Origin: Thermodesulfobacteriota bacterium
Lineage (GTDB): Bacteria > Desulfobacterota > Desulfobulbia > Desulfobulbales > SURF-16
Assembly: GCA_040755455.1 (NCBI GenBank)
Contig: JBFMAY010000018.1
Location: 1 to 64,000 of the forward strand
Length of the DNA: 64,000 nt
Reading direction: 5' to 3'
Part shown: piece after piece, positions 61,647 to 64,000 of the stretch
Position numbering within the stretch: the first letter of the stretch is position 1
How the letters are laid out: each line of letters starts with the position of its first letter
Position numbers and translations under genes: made by a program
The notes under the pieces: model-generated
What the model was told of the DNA's origin: nothing
Databases searched by the model: none
What the model saw: the letters and a program-made list of their open reading frames with translations, nothing else

Positions 61647-62675
61647 ATGAAGACAAATTTTCTCAAGGCCTGCAAAGGAGAAGAGGTCAGCCAAACCCCT
61701 ATCTGGATTATGCGCCAGGCCGGCCGATACCTGCCTGACTATCATAAAGTTCGTGGCAAGGTGACATTTCTGGAGCTCTGCAAAACCCCGGAGCTGGCAG
61801 CAGAGGTCACCCTGCAGCCAGTGGATATCCTCGGCGTTGACGCGGCAATCCTCTTTTCCGATATCCTGGTGGTGCTCGATGCCATGGGCATGCCCCTTGA
61901 GTTCAGGGAAAAACAGGGACCGGTGCTGCCAGCACCCATTCGTACCAAGGCGGATGTTGACAGGCTCATTGTGCCTGACCCGGCCGACAAGCTCAGCTAT
62001 GTCATGGATACCATCCAGCTGCTGCGCCGGGAACTTGCCGACAAAGTGCCACTCATCGGTTTTGCCGGCGCCCCCTTTACCCTGGCAACCTACATGGTTG
62101 AAGGCGGGTCTTCGAAAAATTTTTTCCAGACCAAGAAGATGATGTACTCTGCCCCTGATATTTACGGGGCCATGCTTGACAAGGTGACCGACTGCACCAT
62201 CAGCTATCTGCTGGCCCAGGTTGAGGCCGGCGCCCAGGCCCTGCAGGTTTTTGATTCCTGGGCCGGTGCCCTGGCGCCCTGTGATTTTGCCGAGTTTGCC
62301 CTGCCTTATGTAAAGAAGATCATGGACGCCCTGAAGCCTGCCGGGGTGCCGTTGATTTATTTTGCCAACAATGGCGCCACCCTGATGAATCTGTCAAAGA
62401 CCTGCGGTGCTGATGTGCAGGGGCTGGACTGGCGGGTTAATCTCAGCGATGCCATCAAGGTTTTCGGGCCGGATATCTCCGTGCAGGGCAATCTTGATCC
62501 CTGCGCCCTGCTGCTGCCCGAGGATAAGCTGGAAAAAAGAATCGCCGCCATCCTTGAGGAAGGAAAAGCGGCCCGGGGCCATATTTTCAACCTGGGCCAC
62601 GGCATTCTGCCTGAAACTCCGCCGGAAAAGGCCAAGTTCGTCGTTGATGCGGTACACCGTTTATCAGTCCGGTAG
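61647..62675 (+). CDS. hemE: uroporphyrinogen decarboxylase
   Basis: WIMRQAGRYLP, AAILFSDIL, GAPFTLATY, QGNLDP, FNLGHG. Confidence 0.97.
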   Translation: MKTNFLKACKGEEVSQTPIWIMRQAGRYLPDYHKVRGKVTFLELCKTPELAAEVTLQPVDILGVDAAILFSDILVVLDAMGMPLEFREKQGPVLPAPIRTKADVDRLIVPDPADKLSYVMDTIQLLRRELADKVPLIGFAGAPFTLATYMVEGGSSKNFFQTKKMMYSAPDIYGAMLDKVTDCTISYLLAQVEAGAQALQVFDSWAGALAPCDFAEFALPYVKKIMDALKPAGVPLIYFANNGATLMNLSKTCGADVQGLDWRVNLSDAIKVFGPDISVQGNLDPCALLLPEDKLEKRIAAILEEGKAARGHIFNLGHGILPETPPEKAKFVVDAVHRLSVR

Positions 62676-63260
62676 GTGGAGGTGGTTTACGGCGTGAAGA
62701 TTCCCACAGTAGATACCTGTCTCCAGCTGATGGAGGATTACCGGATGCTGGACAATATCAAGGCCCATTCCAAGGTTGTGGCCAGGGTGGCTGAATTGAT
62801 CACCGTTGGCCTTACGCGAAGGAGTGGCGAGGCCCTTAATCTTGATCTGGTTATATCCGCCTCCTTGCTTCATGATATTGCCAAAACCCAGTGTCTCGAC
62901 AGCCGCTGCGACCACGCCAAAGTGGGCGGCGAGATCTGCCGTGGGCACGGTTTTGTCGAAATAGCCGATATTGTTGAAGAGCATGTGGTGATTAAAAGCA
63001 ACGGCAGCGGGCGCATCACGGAAAAGGAGATTGTCTACTACGCCGACAAGCGGGTCAATCATGACCAGGTGGTCAGCCTCCATGACCGGCTCGACTATAT
63101 TTTAGACCGCTATGCCCGTAATAATGCCGTACGCCATGATTTGATCCAGCAGAATTTTGCCAAATGCCTCACGATGGAAAAGAGGATTTTCGACAACCTT
63201 GATTTCAGTCCTGAACAACTAGCTGCCCTTATCATGGCAAAACGGGAATGGAGGGTTTGA
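62676..63260 (+). CDS. HD-domain protein
   Basis: H..VV, LLHDIAK, HA..G, YYADKR. Confidence 0.85.
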   Translation: MEVVYGVKIPTVDTCLQLMEDYRMLDNIKAHSKVVARVAELITVGLTRRSGEALNLDLVISASLLHDIAKTQCLDSRCDHAKVGGEICRGHGFVEIADIVEEHVVIKSNGSGRITEKEIVYYADKRVNHDQVVSLHDRLDYILDRYARNNAVRHDLIQQNFAKCLTMEKRIFDNLDFSPEQLAALIMAKREWRV

Positions 63261-63263
63261 CCA

Positions 63264-64000
63264 ATGGCGGATCAGCCGCAGTCCATAGGTGTAATTGTGC
63301 TCAATCTGGGAGGTCCTGAACGGCTTGCTGATGTGGAGCCGTTTTTGTACAACCTCTTTTCTGATCGCCGGATTATCCGGCTGGGACCGGCTTTGCTGCA
63401 AAAGCCCATCGCCTGGATGATCGCCAAGCGCCGCGCCCCGAAAAGCCGGAAGGCCTATGCACTTATCGGCGGCGGCTCACCACTGAAAAGTCTTACCATG
63501 CAGCAGGGTGAGGCGCTGGAGAGGGAGCTCGGCAAGGTGGGCAGGTTCAAGGTTGCCATGGCCATGCGCTATTGGCCCCCCTTTGCCCGGGAAACCCTGC
63601 AGAAATTTGCCGACCAGCATATTACCCGCATCATCGCCCTCACCCTTTACCCACATTTTTCCAAGGCCACGACCGGCTCTTCCCTTGATGATCTGCGGCA
63701 GGCCGCGGGCGCATTTCCCGGATTTTTCGAGATAGCCGAGATTGCCGCCTGGCCGGAGCAGCCCGATTATATCCAATGTCTGGCAGATTCCATTGTTGCC
63801 GGCATGAAACAGTTCGAGGGTGCCAAGGCGCAGCTGGTTTACAGCGCCCATAGCCTGCCGGTGCAATTTATTGAGGAGGGAGACCCCTATCTTGATGACA
63901 TGAATAAAACCATCGGGGCGGTGGAAAAAATTACCGGGATAAAAGGCCATCTTTGTTTTCAGAGTAGAAGCGGTCCGGTGGAATGGCTGTCGCCGTCCAC
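63264..64000 (+). CDS. hemH: ferrochelatase (partial, runs off the window)
   Basis: Manual translation: MADQPQSIGVIVLNLGGPE...Y..IGGGSPL...AMRY...YPHFS..TTGSS...SAHSLP...GDPY...FQSRSGPVEWL. Confidence 0.95.
   Translation, partial: MADQPQSIGVIVLNLGGPERLADVEPFLYNLFSDRRIIRLGPALLQKPIAWMIAKRRAPKSRKAYALIGGGSPLKSLTMQQGEALERELGKVGRFKVAMAMRYWPPFARETLQKFADQHITRIIALTLYPHFSKATTGSSLDDLRQAAGAFPGFFEIAEIAAWPEQPDYIQCLADSIVAGMKQFEGAKAQLVYSAHSLPVQFIEEGDPYLDDMNKTIGAVEKITGIKGHLCFQSRSGPVEWLSPS

Overview
A mostly housekeeping chromosomal segment, inferred from gene content and protein style to come from a Desulfobacterota bacterium, probably Desulfobulbales. Left part (1-14.2 kb): a sigma54-driven secreted FN3-like gene cut by the window edge, a Sat-CysC fusion with a degenerate sulfurylase site, a QseE/QseG/QseF (GlrK/YfhG/GlrR)-like three-component system, and a divergent exopolysaccharide export operon (TPR lipoprotein, short OPX, OM beta-barrel, polysaccharide co-polymerase, BY-kinase, ExeA-type ATPase). 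The rest holds bioHCD, a BigR/SqrR-type persulfide sensor module, ispB, dinG/yoaA, lon, mltG, an orphan gspG, rne/rng, ilvD, lptD, mltB, acs, mltA, pilT, cbiB-cobQ, a chemoreceptor with two periplasmic CZB domains, nadE-multiheme cytochrome-hisD-rsmG, PIN-PhoH and ahbD-hemE-HD-hemH. Highlights: (i) an OmcS-like multiheme cytochrome that keeps the CHTMHNS inter-subunit His motif and sits behind a GEMM-I (c-di-GMP-I) riboswitch with an overlapping terminator (predicted ON switch); (ii) a roughly 105-bp intergenic element in three diverged copies with fixed 16-19-16 inverted-arm geometry plus an IHF-like box; (iii) a GlrR-type enhancer and sigma54 promoter next to the QseEGF homologues. No rRNA, tRNA, CRISPR array or intact transposase was recognised. 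All family assignments come from motif recognition by eye, not from database searches.
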